64,000 nucleotides of DNA from Trichoplax sp. H2 (lineage: Eukaryota): NCBI GenBank assembly GCA_003344405.1, contig NOWV01000003.1:186001-250000 (forward strand), in the 5' to 3' direction. Below the pieces are notes generated by a model. The model made no database searches, was not told the origin of the DNA, and was given only the letters and a program-made list of their open reading frames with translations. Positions within the stretch are counted from its first letter, which is position 1, and the number at the start of each line of letters is the position of its first letter. Made by a program: the position numbers and the translations under genes. Of this stretch, positions 12,880-32,799 are shown one piece after another.

Positions 12880-14415
12880 GTATCTACAGTACCTACGCAC
12901 GTACAGTACAGTACTGTGCAACAAGCTGTTACTGGCTCCCTACCTCTAGAATACTGCACTGTATACTGTATAGTACTGTACTGTGTGAATTTTAGTAGTC
13001 CCAGACAACTACTGTATTGATAGTCTGGTATACAGTATATCGGGACAACTCAAGGGGAAAAATATACTGTACAGTGTACAGTACAGTGCAGTACAATACA
13101 GTATATCGAGTTGCTCCTGATTGTATCCGTGAGTTTTTGTCCGTTCGTAATTGTTCATGTTTTATTCATGTTTTATTTCGTACACACTTAACTTTATCAA
13201 ACAGATCCACGGGTATACTCGTAAAATGTGGTGCCACATAATACTGTAAAATGGAATGAATAAATAAATGGAGGTTCTCCAAATAATGTACTGTACAGTA
13301 CTGTATTTAACTATAAGTAAAAGATACTGCAGTTCACACCTCTTAACTTGTCGATAATTATCCCTTCAAGGCTTCAACTGATAGGCTTTGATTTAAACAG
13401 GGTTAAACGCTGATCCAAATTTAACCTAAAACAGCTAGCAGTTACTATCTCTAATTTGCCCCAAACTGATAAGGAAGTACAGTACAGTACTGTACTGTAT
13501 GATAGTCACCTACTGTACTGTACACTCTATAGTACTGTACAGTACTGTACTGTAGTGTTAATTTAAGCGCGCAAAAATTAATACTGTACTGTATACTGTA
13601 CAGTACAGTACGCTGAGTACAGTGCAGTCTGTACGACGTACTGTAAGTCTGTAATCACGGATGCCAGATGTCGATGTCGTTGGTAACAATCTGCAAAAAA
13701 ATGATTCTTGTTACAGTATTTACACCAAGACTTCTATTAAAGATTTTTAAAAGTCCCTGATTTACAGTTAGTTAGTTTATTCATGGCTTATTATTTTAGA
13801 GTTTAGGAAGAGACTACGCCTTGTTATCACTAAAGATCTGTTTCAGGATCTTTTCAGTACCAGACTGTACAGTACAGTACCATTCTCCCATTTGTTTTGC
13901 ACTAAATTCATCGTACTGTACTGTACTGTACACTGTACAGTGCACTAGAAATTCTTAGAGAGTGTACACAATACAGTACAGTACACTGTACGGTATACCT
14001 AACTGTACAGTACAGTATGGTGGCCCTACACATCACAGCACAGTAACCAAACTAAGGTGCGTATTGTTTTTACTATCGATCTGTTATGCCCTATGGGCTA
14101 CTGCATGGACTACTATAATTAGTAGTCCATGGCTATGGTCTGGGACTTCTAAGAGAAAATTCTCGGATTTAGAGGTCCCTAGCATCTTTCTTACTACGTG
14201 ATCATGGTTGCGTATGACTGTTTCAGCGAGGTGTACTGTACAGTACAGTAAATACTACTGAGTCCTGACTACTGGCTACTGACTTCCGAGTGACGGTACA
14301 GTACAGTACTGTTCAGTATAGTATTACAGTATCATACTGTACCATACAGTACATGTACTGTACTGTTACAGTACTACAGTACAGTACAGTACGTGTCCTG
14401 TACTGTATCTGTACA
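12880..14415. repeat. TACAGTA/TACTGTA arrays in the LIN54/VDAC divergent intergenic region
   Basis: Multiple dense blocks, e.g. 13064-13103, 13477-13645, 13913-14018 and 14297-14415. Confidence 0.9.
14104..14131. mobile_element. TIR-only palindrome CATGGACTACTA-TAAT-TAGTAGTCCATG (P-superfamily-like remnant)
   Basis: Perfect 12-bp inverted repeat with flanks GCTACTG / GCTATGG. The same terminus recurs at 5419, 5576, 17914 and 18543. Confidence 0.5.
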
Positions 14416-14844
14416 CAGAATTATCTTTCTTTCTCATCATTATTGCTATCGCCATCACCGCAAGGTAGCAGTTCGTCCTTTATTTGATCTTTGCTTTGAG
14501 CACAGCATTACAACCGAAATTTTTCAGTAAGGTATTATCAAATCTTTAATTACATTACGCTATAATAAGAACCTATATTGAATGTGAATTATTTATTCAT
14601 CAACTCGATTCCATCAATATGGCCAAAGACTATAGTGCACGTGTATTCTTTCTTTTAACGGTTGTTTGTCGCATCTGTTTCGTTGCTGTTTTACACTGCA
14701 TGTCCGATAGCTTTACATTCTTTACGTACTACAGTACAGTACACTAATGCATAATTTGCAAGATAGATCTACATATTTAACGGCTACGTAAAATTTAGAG
14801 ATCTGCAACAACTAACTTCTGGGTTCTGTATCTTTCTGCGTAGC

Positions 14845-16606
14845 ATGGCCCCTCCTTTGTTCGCCGATTTGGGCAAAGAAGCGCGTGATATCTTCAGTAA
14901 AGGATTTGGTAAGGAGTAATAATCTCTATTACGCTCCTGCATTCAACACTAATTGTAGCGCAATAGAGTCACAATAAGTTATATACCGCTATCCTGTATT
15001 GTACTTAAAGTTATTATTATTGTTATTATTTTAAAAATACTGCACCGTAGTCATCGAACCTTTAAGCACTAGACTGCCGCTTTCGACGACATATCTTGCT
15101 ACAGTAAATTAACATGGATTAAGCTTTTACGACATTGAGATAAATATGTTGTCTTATTTAACATAGGATTCGGTAGCGTAAAGCTTGATGTGGCTACTAA
15201 AGCTACAAATGGTGTCGTAAGTCAAATAAAACTAGAAATATTAGATTACTACATACGGATTCCAGAATTTGTGATACGTTAATGAGAGTATTTTAATTTG
15301 ATTAACACCGTCTTCTTAGCTTTTAATAATGAAAAGGGTTATTGCAAATGTTTTATCTGATTTATGTACCACATTCTTCAAAGGAGTTTAGTAGTGGAGT
15401 ATCTAGCAATGATGCTGGAAAGGTTTCCGGAAGTTTGGAAACCACGTATAAAAATTCTGATTATGGTAAGCATTGCGGTAACTTTCATTAAGATTTTCTA
15501 ATTCCTGAAAAGTAAGAATGCTTGCACTTTATAGTGTTGACAATTTTGATATGTTACATTCTACCACCCCTATGCCTGATAAATAGGGTTAACTTTCAAA
15601 GAAAAATGGAGTAGTGAAAATATTTTGACTGCTGAGATTACTATTGAGGATCAGGTTAGCTGTCGTGCTACTTTAACATACCATATTTTAGGGAGAGCCT
15701 TTATTATGCTAGTCGAGATATATTCAAAGCGTTAAATTATAGTACGATTTTGGTTATGTAACAGATTGCCAACGGGTTCAAATTAACATTTGATACAATG
15801 TTTGCTCCAAATACTAGGTTAGCGAGATAAAATTTATTCGTGTTCCTGCATTGATCACTTTATTGCGAAATTAAAAACATTAATTTATTAAAAATTCTTA
15901 GCAAAAAAGCCGCGAAGATTAAAACATCTTACAAGCAGGACAATTTCAGCGGAACAACTGACATCGACTTCGATTTCACCGGTCCAACTTTATACAGTTC
16001 TGCGGTTGTTGGGTACTGCTTTTATTACATATTAGATGATATATAATGTTACTAAATATTATTATTTAATTGGCTAGTTATAAAGGTTGGCTTCTTGGAG
16101 GCTATGCAGCTTATGATACTTCCAAGTCCCGTTTAGTTAACAACAAACTTGGGATTGCTTACAAAACAGATGACTTTGTTTTGCACTCATCTGTAAGTGA
16201 CAATGTGGATTTTTCAACTTCGTATTATCAAAAAGTTAGTGATAAAATCGAGTGTGCTGCAAATCTTGGATGGACTGCGGGTACTGCTGCAACAAAATTT
16301 GCAATTGGAGGAAAATATGTATTGGATTCAGATTCATCTGTTAAGGTATGTTTTATATATCTTACCTCTCACTAGTGAGATTCCTCCGTACTTTTGATTT
16401 TGTACTTGGACTTCCCAACATTACTGAAAAAATAATTGAAATCTAATTTTTAACAGATGCGAATCAGCAATGATAGTCATGTAGGGTTGGGCTATACTCA
16501 GCAACTTCGTGATGGTGTGAAATTAACTCTTTCAGCGTTGATTGATGCTAAAAACCTTAATCAAGCTGGTCATAAACTAGGTCTTGGACTTGATGTATCT
16601 CTTTAA
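14845..16606 (+). CDS. VDAC: Voltage-dependent anion channel (mitochondrial porin)
   Basis: [49 protein letters not shown], and C-terminal [26 protein letters not shown] introns. Probable 5'UTR exon ending near 14531. Confidence 0.97.
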
Positions 16607-17913
16607 ACGATATTATCGTAGCTCCAAAATTATACGCGCTTCTTTACTATACTGTCACGAAACTTACATATTTGTGCATTTGACTAGTGTTTAAGGAATG
16701 TTGTGGTTGGCTTATTCGCGATAATATCAGTAATTTGTTATAATTGCTAAAGTGCTTAGGTAACACTTTCATAATAAACTTTATCCAGTTTACTAGTGTA
16801 TACAAAATTTACTATGGTTGCTGGGTTGTCACTAGGAATTACATGCATGTAAAGCTCCTACCTGCTAATGGTACTCTAACCTTAATTATACGATTGATTC
16901 TTTTAGTTGCGTTAATGACATGATTAATTAATTGTGCTTCAAAATTGAAGCACAGCGCTGTCATATTTGACTCTCGCAGTTCATGTCCTAAGTAGTAATT
17001 TAATCTATAAATAGTTACGGAAGTTTGTATTTCATTGCCAATATGCCGTAGTAATTCTTGCCTTTTATAGATAGGAAGAGATTATGTTCTCCATCTAAGT
17101 CTATAGCTAGTTCCTGCAGTAATTTTAGAATTGTAAGAGTGTTTGCACTCTTATGTAGTTAACATTCAACAATAACCGGTCTAATCTTTTGTACTCGAAA
17201 TCCATATACTACAGTATACTGTATTACCAGCACACAATATTATTTCGTTCGGTACGATTGATAGAGAGAAGGGAATACAGTATGCTTTTCATAAGTGCAA
17301 TGATTGACATTTTTGGAGCAGAGGTACCAGAACGTCTGTTCATTTTTTGTGCATGCGGGTAGTGTAACGTACTCATGTAAAGGTTTATTAATATCGTGCA
17401 AGATATTGACAGTAAATAATTTAATTTAAAAATAATATTAAGCGTAATAGACTGTGCGGTAGCTACCAGTATTACATTATGTTTGCTCGGTACATGTCGC
17501 GGATTGATCAAAATGAAATCGATTCGTAAATTACACAATATTATCTTCTAGAAATAGTTACATGACTATATGTATACATGCTATTGCTCTACGAAGAACA
17601 ATAAGTTGCTTTCCTGATACAGAATCAGGCTCAGGGTAATGGAGAATCGTCAATATGTACGTGTGCGAGTATATATTAAGTTCGGTAATATCACATCTGA
17701 ATGGACGCCGAAAATTTTTAACTGTATCCGTTTTATAAGTATACAAAATAGACTAGCGAAACTCTTGGAACATAATACGATTTTAAGTTAATAATATAAT
17801 TTGATTTGATTTTAGCTCATCTTTGTATAACACAGTACTCAATTTCCCGACCTCTTAAATACTGTACTATAGAGCCTTGATTGTCAGGCTCAAGTCTAGT
17901 AATTCTTAACGTC

Positions 17914-18154
17914 CATGGACTACTACACAAATCTACGCAATGATCTACTGTACTGTACATATAGTGTCAAAAGTGGGCAAAATGAGTTCCGTCACCGTAA
18001 AAAGAAATGTTATCCGTTGCCGTCACCGTCGTATCCGTCAAATGTTACACAGTACAGTACAGTATGTTACTGTACAGTACAATATTTGGCTCTGACGGGC
18101 GTTTCCTTTCCCGTCTCTTTCTTTCTTTCTTTTTATTTAGTACTGTAGTCCGTG
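17914..18154. mobile_element. ~240-bp MITE-like element with CATGGACTACTA terminus (second copy from 18543)
   Basis: Left end CATGGACTACTA. Right end TAG[TACTG]TAGTCCGTG is the inverted terminus interrupted by a 5-bp insertion. Internal CCGTCA repeats. No TSD seen. Confidence 0.45.
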
Positions 18155-19046
18155 GGTTCTAGCACAGCTCTAGACTGTACAGTACACTACTGTACTGATA
18201 CTGTATCGCATTGACAGTGACTACTCCACTGTACAGTGTACTGTACTGTACAGTACTGTGGTTATTCATGAGTCAGTTGCCATGCTGCAAGTGCTACACA
18301 CACCATTCGGCAGTACAGTACCCACTTATAACTTAGCAATTAATTATCATGGCTGCCATAGCGCCTGATATGCAAGACCTCAATTCAACTCTGCGTAGTT
18401 TGCGCGAAANNNNNNNNNNNNNNNNNNNNTTGATTTGATTTTAGCTCATCTTTGTATAACACAGTACTCAATTTCCCGACCTCTTAAATACTGTACTATA
18501 GAGCCTTGATTGTCAGGCTCAAGTCTAGTAATTCTTAACGTCCATGGACTACTACACGAATCTACGCAATGATTTACTGTACTGTACATATAGTGTCAAA
18601 AGTGGGCAAAATGAGTTCCGTCACCGTAAAAGGAAATGTTATCCATTGCCGTCACCGTCGTATCCGTCAAATGTTGCACAGTACAGTACTGTACAGTATG
18701 TTACTGTACAGTACAATATTTGGCTCTGACGGGCGTTTCCTTTCCCGTCTCTTTCTTTCTTTCTTTTTATTTAGTACTGTAGTCCGTGGGTTCTAGCACA
18801 GCTCTAGTGTACTGTACTGTACTGTACTGTACAGTACAGTATTCAATATTTTTACATACAGTACTGTACTGTACTGAACTAAGGGGTTACAGTACTGTAC
18901 TCTACTGTACTGATACTGTATCGCATCGACAGTGACTACTCCAATGTACAGTACTGTGGTTATTCATGAGTCAGTTGCCATGCTGCAAGTGCTACACACA
19001 CCATTCGGCAGTACAGTACCCACTTATAACTTAGCAATTAATTATC

Positions 19047-24912
<5,866 letters not shown>

Positions 24913-26779
24913 CGTTTTTACAGGATTAAGAGATTTATCTTTAAAGCGAATGCTATAGATTCTAATTTCAGCAAGAAAATAGCTATTGATTTTTGAAAAG
25001 AATATGCTAATCTCACGAAAGATAAGAATTTTAAAACGACCATGTTTACATGAAACAATTTATTTTTAGAAAATAAGTATTTAGGTCAAAATTCAGTTTC
25101 TTAACTATAGTACTTAGTTATCCACTATTAATTGTACAACTTCATGATTTAAGAGTTTAACGTGACCGTTCTATCAATATGCGGTGTAGTAATTCTGTAG
25201 CAATACGTACTCGAAATTTTAAAGGCTTATTTTCAGCTCACGGAATTGAGTGTGACTTTCTAAAACGTGAAATAAGTTCTAATCGACTATTAACTTTTTA
25301 AAACTTCAATTTAAACAAACGATTACATCATATTGTTGATTGATTAAAAAACAACATTATTTTGCGATATGATTGCGCTAAGTAATGTTGCATACGGTGC
25401 AGTGGATACTGTGCCTGGCTATCGGTGTAGTAGAAATACTGTTACTATTTACTATTATATAAATTGTTAGAATTTACCAATTCTAGGTAAAGAAATGATG
25501 ATAAATTTGTGACCTCTTGAAAGTACAGAGCCCAACAATTTCCTTGTACCTTACATAATATACTCTCATAGCGTTTGGTAGTGCTGGTTCTTTATTGTTA
25601 CATGCTTATTTTTGTTGTATCAGCGTGTATTTGTGAGAGGTCAAGCAAGCTGTATACACTTGCACGAAAAGAGAGTATTACGTTCAAATTCAGAGAACTC
25701 AGTAAAGTTTAGCATGTGATTTCATGTTATGGTCATCATTCTTTTTAATTAAAATCTTAATATTACATTTCGTGTACTATCGGAATATTAATATTCCTTT
25801 GTCGTTGTACCGTCCTAGTACATTGACGTTATTATTACTGCTAAGTTGTAGGATCTATGTGAGGCGAATTAAAATCGGTTATTTCATTCATAATGCTATC
25901 ATATTATCTAAGAATTGCTCTTAGAATGAATTTAGTTAAATTTATCCATTTATAATCTATGTTAAATTGTGGCTTAGTAAGTTAATGATTCCACACATTG
26001 TAATACATTATCGAAGACGTCAAGTAATCATGTCAATACTGGGTACTATACGGCTTTAAATTGAAGAAAGCTGTAACTAATTTTTAAGAGTAGTCAAAAC
26101 CATAGAGATAAGTAGCGAGAGTAACAAGACTGTCAAAATCGTCAACAAATATATCACCTTATTGCTATTAGCTAACACAAATACAACAACGTTTAACATT
26201 ACTGATGAGGTATGATCAATGCTACACTACAGTAGTATTACATACAAGTAAAATATATTTCTTTTTGTTCTTGTGTAATATCATACTCGCAAGGTAAATT
26301 ATGTCATAAATCAAGATCAACGAAATATTCGCAATCCAATTTATAACTTTGTCGCCCAATATCGATGACACTTAAGGTTAAATGAAAGCATATTTCCATG
26401 ATGTATAATAACTTGAACCATATACAGTAAAGGTAGAGAGTCTTTAAATATGTGTTATTAGGCAACCTCCGTACTGCAGCATCTTATTACTAGCTGTAAT
26501 ACTTTGTTCTAAAGTTTTAATTTACAGAATGAAATATTTAATAAGTTTCTAATAAAGCCATCACGAAAATAAACTTACAGTAAGCATGGTAATTATATTT
26601 TCCTTGTGCAGACGGAGTGCAACATATACCAGATATTTTGGGATACAATATTTACAATACATACTCATCTTACAGTTTAGTTAATACAAAGAAGCCGTAG
26701 CTTGCGAAGTTATGAGGTAATAAAGTCTAGTGCTTAATACCTCTACAAATAACGCATAACTATAAACTACGTATAGAAT

Positions 26780-29700
26780 CTATAACAAATCTTCTATTTG
26801 ACTGTTATTATCTGGTAAAAGATTCCTCCAGCGCCATCTTTGCATCCGAAGCTTATCTTCTTCATATGGTTCCTCAAAGTCAGCAAAATACAGGTTATTC
26901 AAAATCCTAGCGACACCAGCAGGAGCAGCAACTTCAACCATCCATCTAGCAGTGGTTAAAACGTAAGCACATATTGAGCTGAATGCATTGAATGCTCGAC
27001 CTTATCATATCTACTAAATCATTTCCATTATACTCAAGATTTATTATGCAATGTAAATTACATACTAATAACTTTCTAATACATAAGTGTAAAATATAAA
27101 TGACAGTACATCCGTACCTTCGAAATGATCTTTCCCAGTTATTAGATCTATCCGTGTGCAGGTATGTATTAAAAAGCAAGAGATAGATATATCTTTCGAA
27201 ATAATTTAAGCACTGTTGCCGGAGCTTAAGCCTTTTTTCACCGTCATTTATTGCAATGCTCTGGTAAAATAACTAGTTAGTGAGCTTTCTATCATAAAGA
27301 TTTGAAATAAATGTGACAAATTTCTGATTATATTGTAGTTACGGTGTAAGACTAACAAGTAATGAATCACCGATGGTTTATTAAATCCCAATAAGATAAC
27401 AAAAGATTAAAACAAATACAATTACGTCAAGTAATTACCACACCTTATTGTAGTATGAAAAAATGACTTCTCTGATATGATAATGCATGGGTGTCATTGT
27501 TTCCGACATTTTATCTAATATGTAATCTACTTCTCTCTTCATTTGGTGTCCATTTGGTAAAATTCTGACTAATTTTCTAACAACCTAATTCAAAACATAG
27601 TACTTAATTAATAGCTATCGTCGATGATCTTAAAATATGAAGAAATTAATCTCAGCTACCGCAAATTCTCCACATGTGTATTTAGCATTAGGTACACATG
27701 CAGGTTCTTGCTCTCCTGGTCTTGTGCCTGTCGGAAAGCCCTATAGCATGATACGGATATTCTAATCTTTACAAACATGTTTTTGACTAAACACTTCCTC
27801 TGAAATCTATTTACCCTTTTATTACACCAAATTAAACCAACAATTGCCATACAGATCGTTGTACGACTTTTTCCATCTAAGCAGTGGAAAATGAAAGCAG
27901 GACCATCTTCATCTTGATAAATTTCTGGTAGATCTTTGACAATTGACATCAGGTAGTCAAACGTCTAAGGGAATAGCGACAAATATTCATCAGCAACGGT
28001 AAATCCTGATTAAAGCTTAATACCTTATCATTACAAATGGATAATTGCTGTAGAGTTACTACTCGTATAGCACCTCTTCTGGAGGCGATTGTTCATCCTT
28101 AATTGGCATTCTATAATAAAGGAGCTGTGGTGTTTCTCTAATTTGTTGCTCAAAAATTTCCCTGGATGTCAAAATTTCTGTTAACCCTACTTTTTTAGGT
28201 CCATTGCCTGGACTTTCATAGATGGTATGTTTACTTTTGCTCAGTAATTCTTGTTTTAGCTTGAATTCCATTTTCTATTAGTAACGTTAAATATTATATC
28301 GTATTAGTTTCAAACTAAATCTGTTCTAGGCATTCACAACTTTCACAGTGAGAATTTTAATACTGAAGTTATTTCGTAATATTTACTATTCAAAAACTGA
28401 CAAATAGGAATTCGCTTATAACTTCGAATGTGGCAACCCACAACAGCGTCTAATAAAAGTTCATTAGCATGCTATAAAATTATTTCAGAAATGTAGCTAG
28501 TCACCTCTATTGTATTAGCACTCATCCCATTCATAAGCAACAATTGATTCAAATTGCCCACCTTTAGTTAGAAATGAAAAACTTGTATTTTAGTAACTGA
28601 AACTAAAAATGTATTAAAATATAGCTCATACACATGCTCTCTCACCTCTCTGACAGAATAAGTTGATTGATCAGCTTGTATAACTAAATCTTCCCTTAGA
28701 TTAAAGGCAATAATCTTGGGATGATCATGTCTTCTGTCTAACAACATAGCAACTACCCGCGCTAATCCCTGAGGCAATATAAAATGAGATAAATGCCAGA
28801 TTTTTATCTTATATTTTTGGAATACTAAGTATATACTTTGCCAAAATACCTCCTTAGTTGGTTGTGCCATACCATAAACTGGAAGTCCTTGTAAATTTCT
28901 GAAATTTGAAACTCCAAGCTCAACGTAAGAACTAAGTACATCATAGGAAGTGCAATCATCTTCGACCTTGATTAATAAAATATTCATTGAAAGCGTTTAA
29001 TATAACCGATGACAATTGAGCGAATATTGTGGTATCAATTAAGCTATCATAATAAATTATCAGATATGAATAAACAAGATACATATTTCTTACCATAACC
29101 CGTCGTTCAGGAATTAGTATCGTAGGCATCTCGTGGCGTTCAATACCATCAATATGGCTCAATACCCGATAGTATTGGGAGTTAATATTTATCCAATCAG
29201 AATAAGCAACAGGAAAATTCTGAGGGAACTGTAATATAACACATCATATTTGGTTAGATTTAATATCTGATTTCTATTCATACATAATGACATAGAATTT
29301 ATCATGTAATTTGGTATATTTTAGTTCGAGTAGAAATAGAGAATTTACTGACCTGTTCCTCAAGGTAGCAATTAAAAACTATTAACAAGTAGTATTTCTC
29401 TAAATAATTTCGTCCTTTCAAGAGCCAGTACTTTTTTGCCGAAATATTCTTAATTCATTTTGTATGACCAAATTTTAGCAATTAATAATTTCTTTACAAA
29501 TTATATCTCATACAAAAATTTTTTAATTTCACGTAGCTTAAAATTTTTCAAACATTGAACGAAAAATTCCTACTTTTATGCTTTCATTAGGATCCGCACT
29601 GATCAGTTTTTGTTTGCATTGGAAGATCAATTCTCTGATGTTATCAGTTTTAGCGCAATTGTCTATTATAACGTCCACCTTTGTAAACGGTATAAAGTAA

Positions 29701-32353
29701 TGATAAAATAGAAGAATTCTATAGTTGAGCCTTAAGACAAATTTCTTCGAAAATTGACCGCCTTACTAGTATAAGGTAACACAGCTCAAAATACTTAACT
29801 GCTGTAGATGCAACTATTAGTAGTAACTACGAGTGGATTAATACCTCCTGCTTTCTTTTCAGTCCGTTCGGCATAATCTGCATTAATTGCCTTATAATAG
29901 AGTATTCTCCATTTTCATAATCTGGTGCATTATCGACGACTGGAACAGGGTCCTTCCTAGTTTTGAAAGGTGCAAGGCAAAAGAAAAATATTCCTTAGAG
30001 AATCAAAGTACAATATACTACGCAAATAGATATCAAAGTTTTAATTTTGCATATTTCCATATGCATAAAAGCTTATTTAAAACAACGAAATCCCGCCTAA
30101 TTTAGAAAATGTATCATACAAACTGTAAGCTTTGAAATACTCCACTGTCGATGATAAATTTACAAAATAAAAATCTAGCATTTCAATCGGAAAATCTGTA
30201 ATAGATTTGTTTACATAGCTTCAGAAGGGAATCCATGCTTATGACCCAACATAAGGCAACCAAGGACCATTGCAGTTGTAGTTCTAACTCTCCCGTCAAG
30301 ACAACTGAAGAGAAGGCTCGGGCTGTGACTACCTCGTTGGCTCCAACGGGAAACATTCTAGATATTAAAAATCGATAGTAGTTATACTCATCCTAGACTT
30401 GTATTTATCATCATATCAATTACCAACCTTAAATATATTAATGAAGGAGTCAATCGTTTTTTCTTCGGGGAAGTAATCCTCCGGTATTGGAAGACGAAAA
30501 TACCTTATAAGAATTTAAATAGTAAATAGTATTAGTGTATCAGATGTATCGGGCTTTATGAATATAACTCGCTATGAAATATCCTGCATAAATATTAGAT
30601 TTACTTACTTCATAGACGTTAAATAAAATATTTGCCGCCAATAAATCTCCTGTGTAGTGCACAAGTCATCGACATAGGCGGCCCGATATTGATGCGGCTC
30701 TGCATCTAAATTACTCGTATCATTGTAAAAGTAAAATTTATACTGATTTTCTGTCGCAGATGATACGAAGAGCGCTCCTTTCGTAGCATAGTCAATCACC
30801 TAAAATGAGAATAGATTAAATTAAGCTGAGTGTAAGAAAGAAAGTACAACGATAATCCTAGTACTGAGATGCTAATAGGTAAACCGTCAATGATAAAAAT
30901 CAAATGTATGTTAATATCGGCATTTATCGTAAAATTGTTAAAATTTTCGCCTGATAAAGATTAAACTTTTTAATAATTTTGTTATTTTATATACACAACT
31001 ATCGGAACTAATATTCATAATTATACATTAAAGACCTCTTCCTTAATTTCTGTTTCTAAACATTCCAGTTCTTCACCGCTTTTTAGATTATAATCAATGG
31101 TGGTTGAGTCTAGGTCTTCTGGTTTTCTGATACTGTACGGCCGAAAATCCATGTCATCATATACGAACAATACTGGCTCTTGCTTGGTATTCAATACTAT
31201 GATGTCCTATGATTAATTGTTAAAAATCGGATAAATAAAATACTGTAGTATTGGTTACAGAATTAGTATTAATATGTATGCTATTACTGTACCATACACT
31301 GTATAGTGTATAATTCAGTCAGGGACTTCTTAGAAGTCCCTGGTTCAGTATACAGAGTCTGAAACCATGGCAACAAAACTCATTTAAATATGAAAAAAAT
31401 AAAATGACAAAATTACTGTAATGAAAGAAGAGAATTTAAATTTTAGAAGAATAAATAAGACGATCGCAACTCAATAAAATACCAAAAAATATCATAATTT
31501 CATTGTTTACATTGAAAAAAAACCCTACTGGATAGTGATCCCTTCAATCCTATCCAACCCAAAAAATTACGAGATACAAGTATAGGATAAAAATTATATT
31601 ACATTAGCAACATAATTGGCTTCTCATTTATAAATTCTCCTAAGGATACATCATCTCATCGTCGTAGACAAATATTTTGTTTACCCGTCACATATACATA
31701 TATATATATACACCTCTGAATGCGTCTGCTTTTATATGTAATTTACTCCAACAACAATACGGTATAACTTAACTATAGGTTACTAAGGTATGATGCGCTA
31801 CTTATACATTACGGGTTATACAATACAATACTAAAATTATCATAGTAACAGCGACATAGGTTTTTTCTTAAGAAATTATATGCATAGGCATCACATCAGA
31901 TTTTTAAATCTTTTTTACCTTTTTCCCCGATTTTACCAACTGATACAAAATATTTTCTAAGCCCTCGCAAGTCGGTTGGCCAAATCCGTACACGTTGTAA
32001 TTGGAACCAGCTTGCCGAAAATTAGGCGCTTCAATTTTTTTTTGCGTTCCTAAAATATCGATGCCATCGTAATGATCTTTAACAAATATATATCGACCTT
32101 GTATCAAGGGATGCTCTGGCATTCCATCCTTAAGGCGAATTAATTTTTTACTTCTCTTATTTACTATGTCATGTCTTTGATAACTGAGGCCCTTATCGTG
32201 AATAACGTTATCAGGTAACTCGTTTTCGTTATCGGCATCGTCTGTTTTGTCGTTTTCGTTAAATTCGACAGTTTTTGTTTCTTTCTGGCTTGTACCATTT
32301 CCTTCGACGGTCGGACTTTTCTCCATTTTCGGTTTCGAAGGATAAAATCCCAT
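26780..32353 (-). CDS. PALD1: Paladin (tandem PTP-like phosphatase domains)
   Basis: MGxxxSK N-terminus, APNFRQ, GQPT and VSNFR..LPVYGMAQPT, FNLRED. Two CX5R loops (FSCLDGRVRTT, FHCLDGKSRTT). C-terminal QRWRWRNLL...EDLL*. Confidence 0.92.
31320..31342. mobile_element. TIR-only palindrome CAGGGACTTCT-T-AGAAGTCCCTG with 7-bp target duplication
   Basis: Perfect 11-bp inverted repeat flanked by ATTCAGT and GTTCAGT (6/7 identical), inside paladin intron 1. Confidence 0.6.
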
Positions 32354-32799
32354 ATTCTATTTAAATATCAGTAATTTAAATATCCAGTTTGTTATTTCAG
32401 TATAGGGTTCGTCGCTCTGGATCGATTTTAGGATTTTTTGATTGAGCCTTAACGATCTTGTACTTAAATTTATTGAATTTGTAACTCTGCTTTACTCTTA
32501 CTGGATCTTAAACAGTTATTAAAAGTACTATAATGATATCTCCGTAAAGAATACCAGACTATAATCACAAAATACGGTATATTCCTCCTTTTGCTAGGAA
32601 TAACTGAATAAAGGTCTTGCTTTTTTCATTGATCCTCTTAGTTACCATAATAACAATACCGACATACCCTGGATAGGGCGATCGGTGTCCAATCAAGTAG
32701 CTCCCTTCATTAATTATTAATAGACACACGTTTTGTGAATTTTTACGTAAAGAAATGCACTGTAAATATTTCATTGTTCAAAAGTTTATTGAAATAATA

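Noticed and set aside
16933..16954. Hairpin TGTGCTTCAA-AA-TTGAAGCACA downstream of VDAC
   Set aside because: Single 10-bp stem with no TSD, second copy or known RNA motif; terminator logic does not apply to a eukaryotic Pol II gene.
18349..18409. Second PKG first exon suggesting alternative N-terminal isoforms
   Set aside because: Near-identical to 19047 onward and truncated by the N gap; most likely an uncollapsed haplotype.
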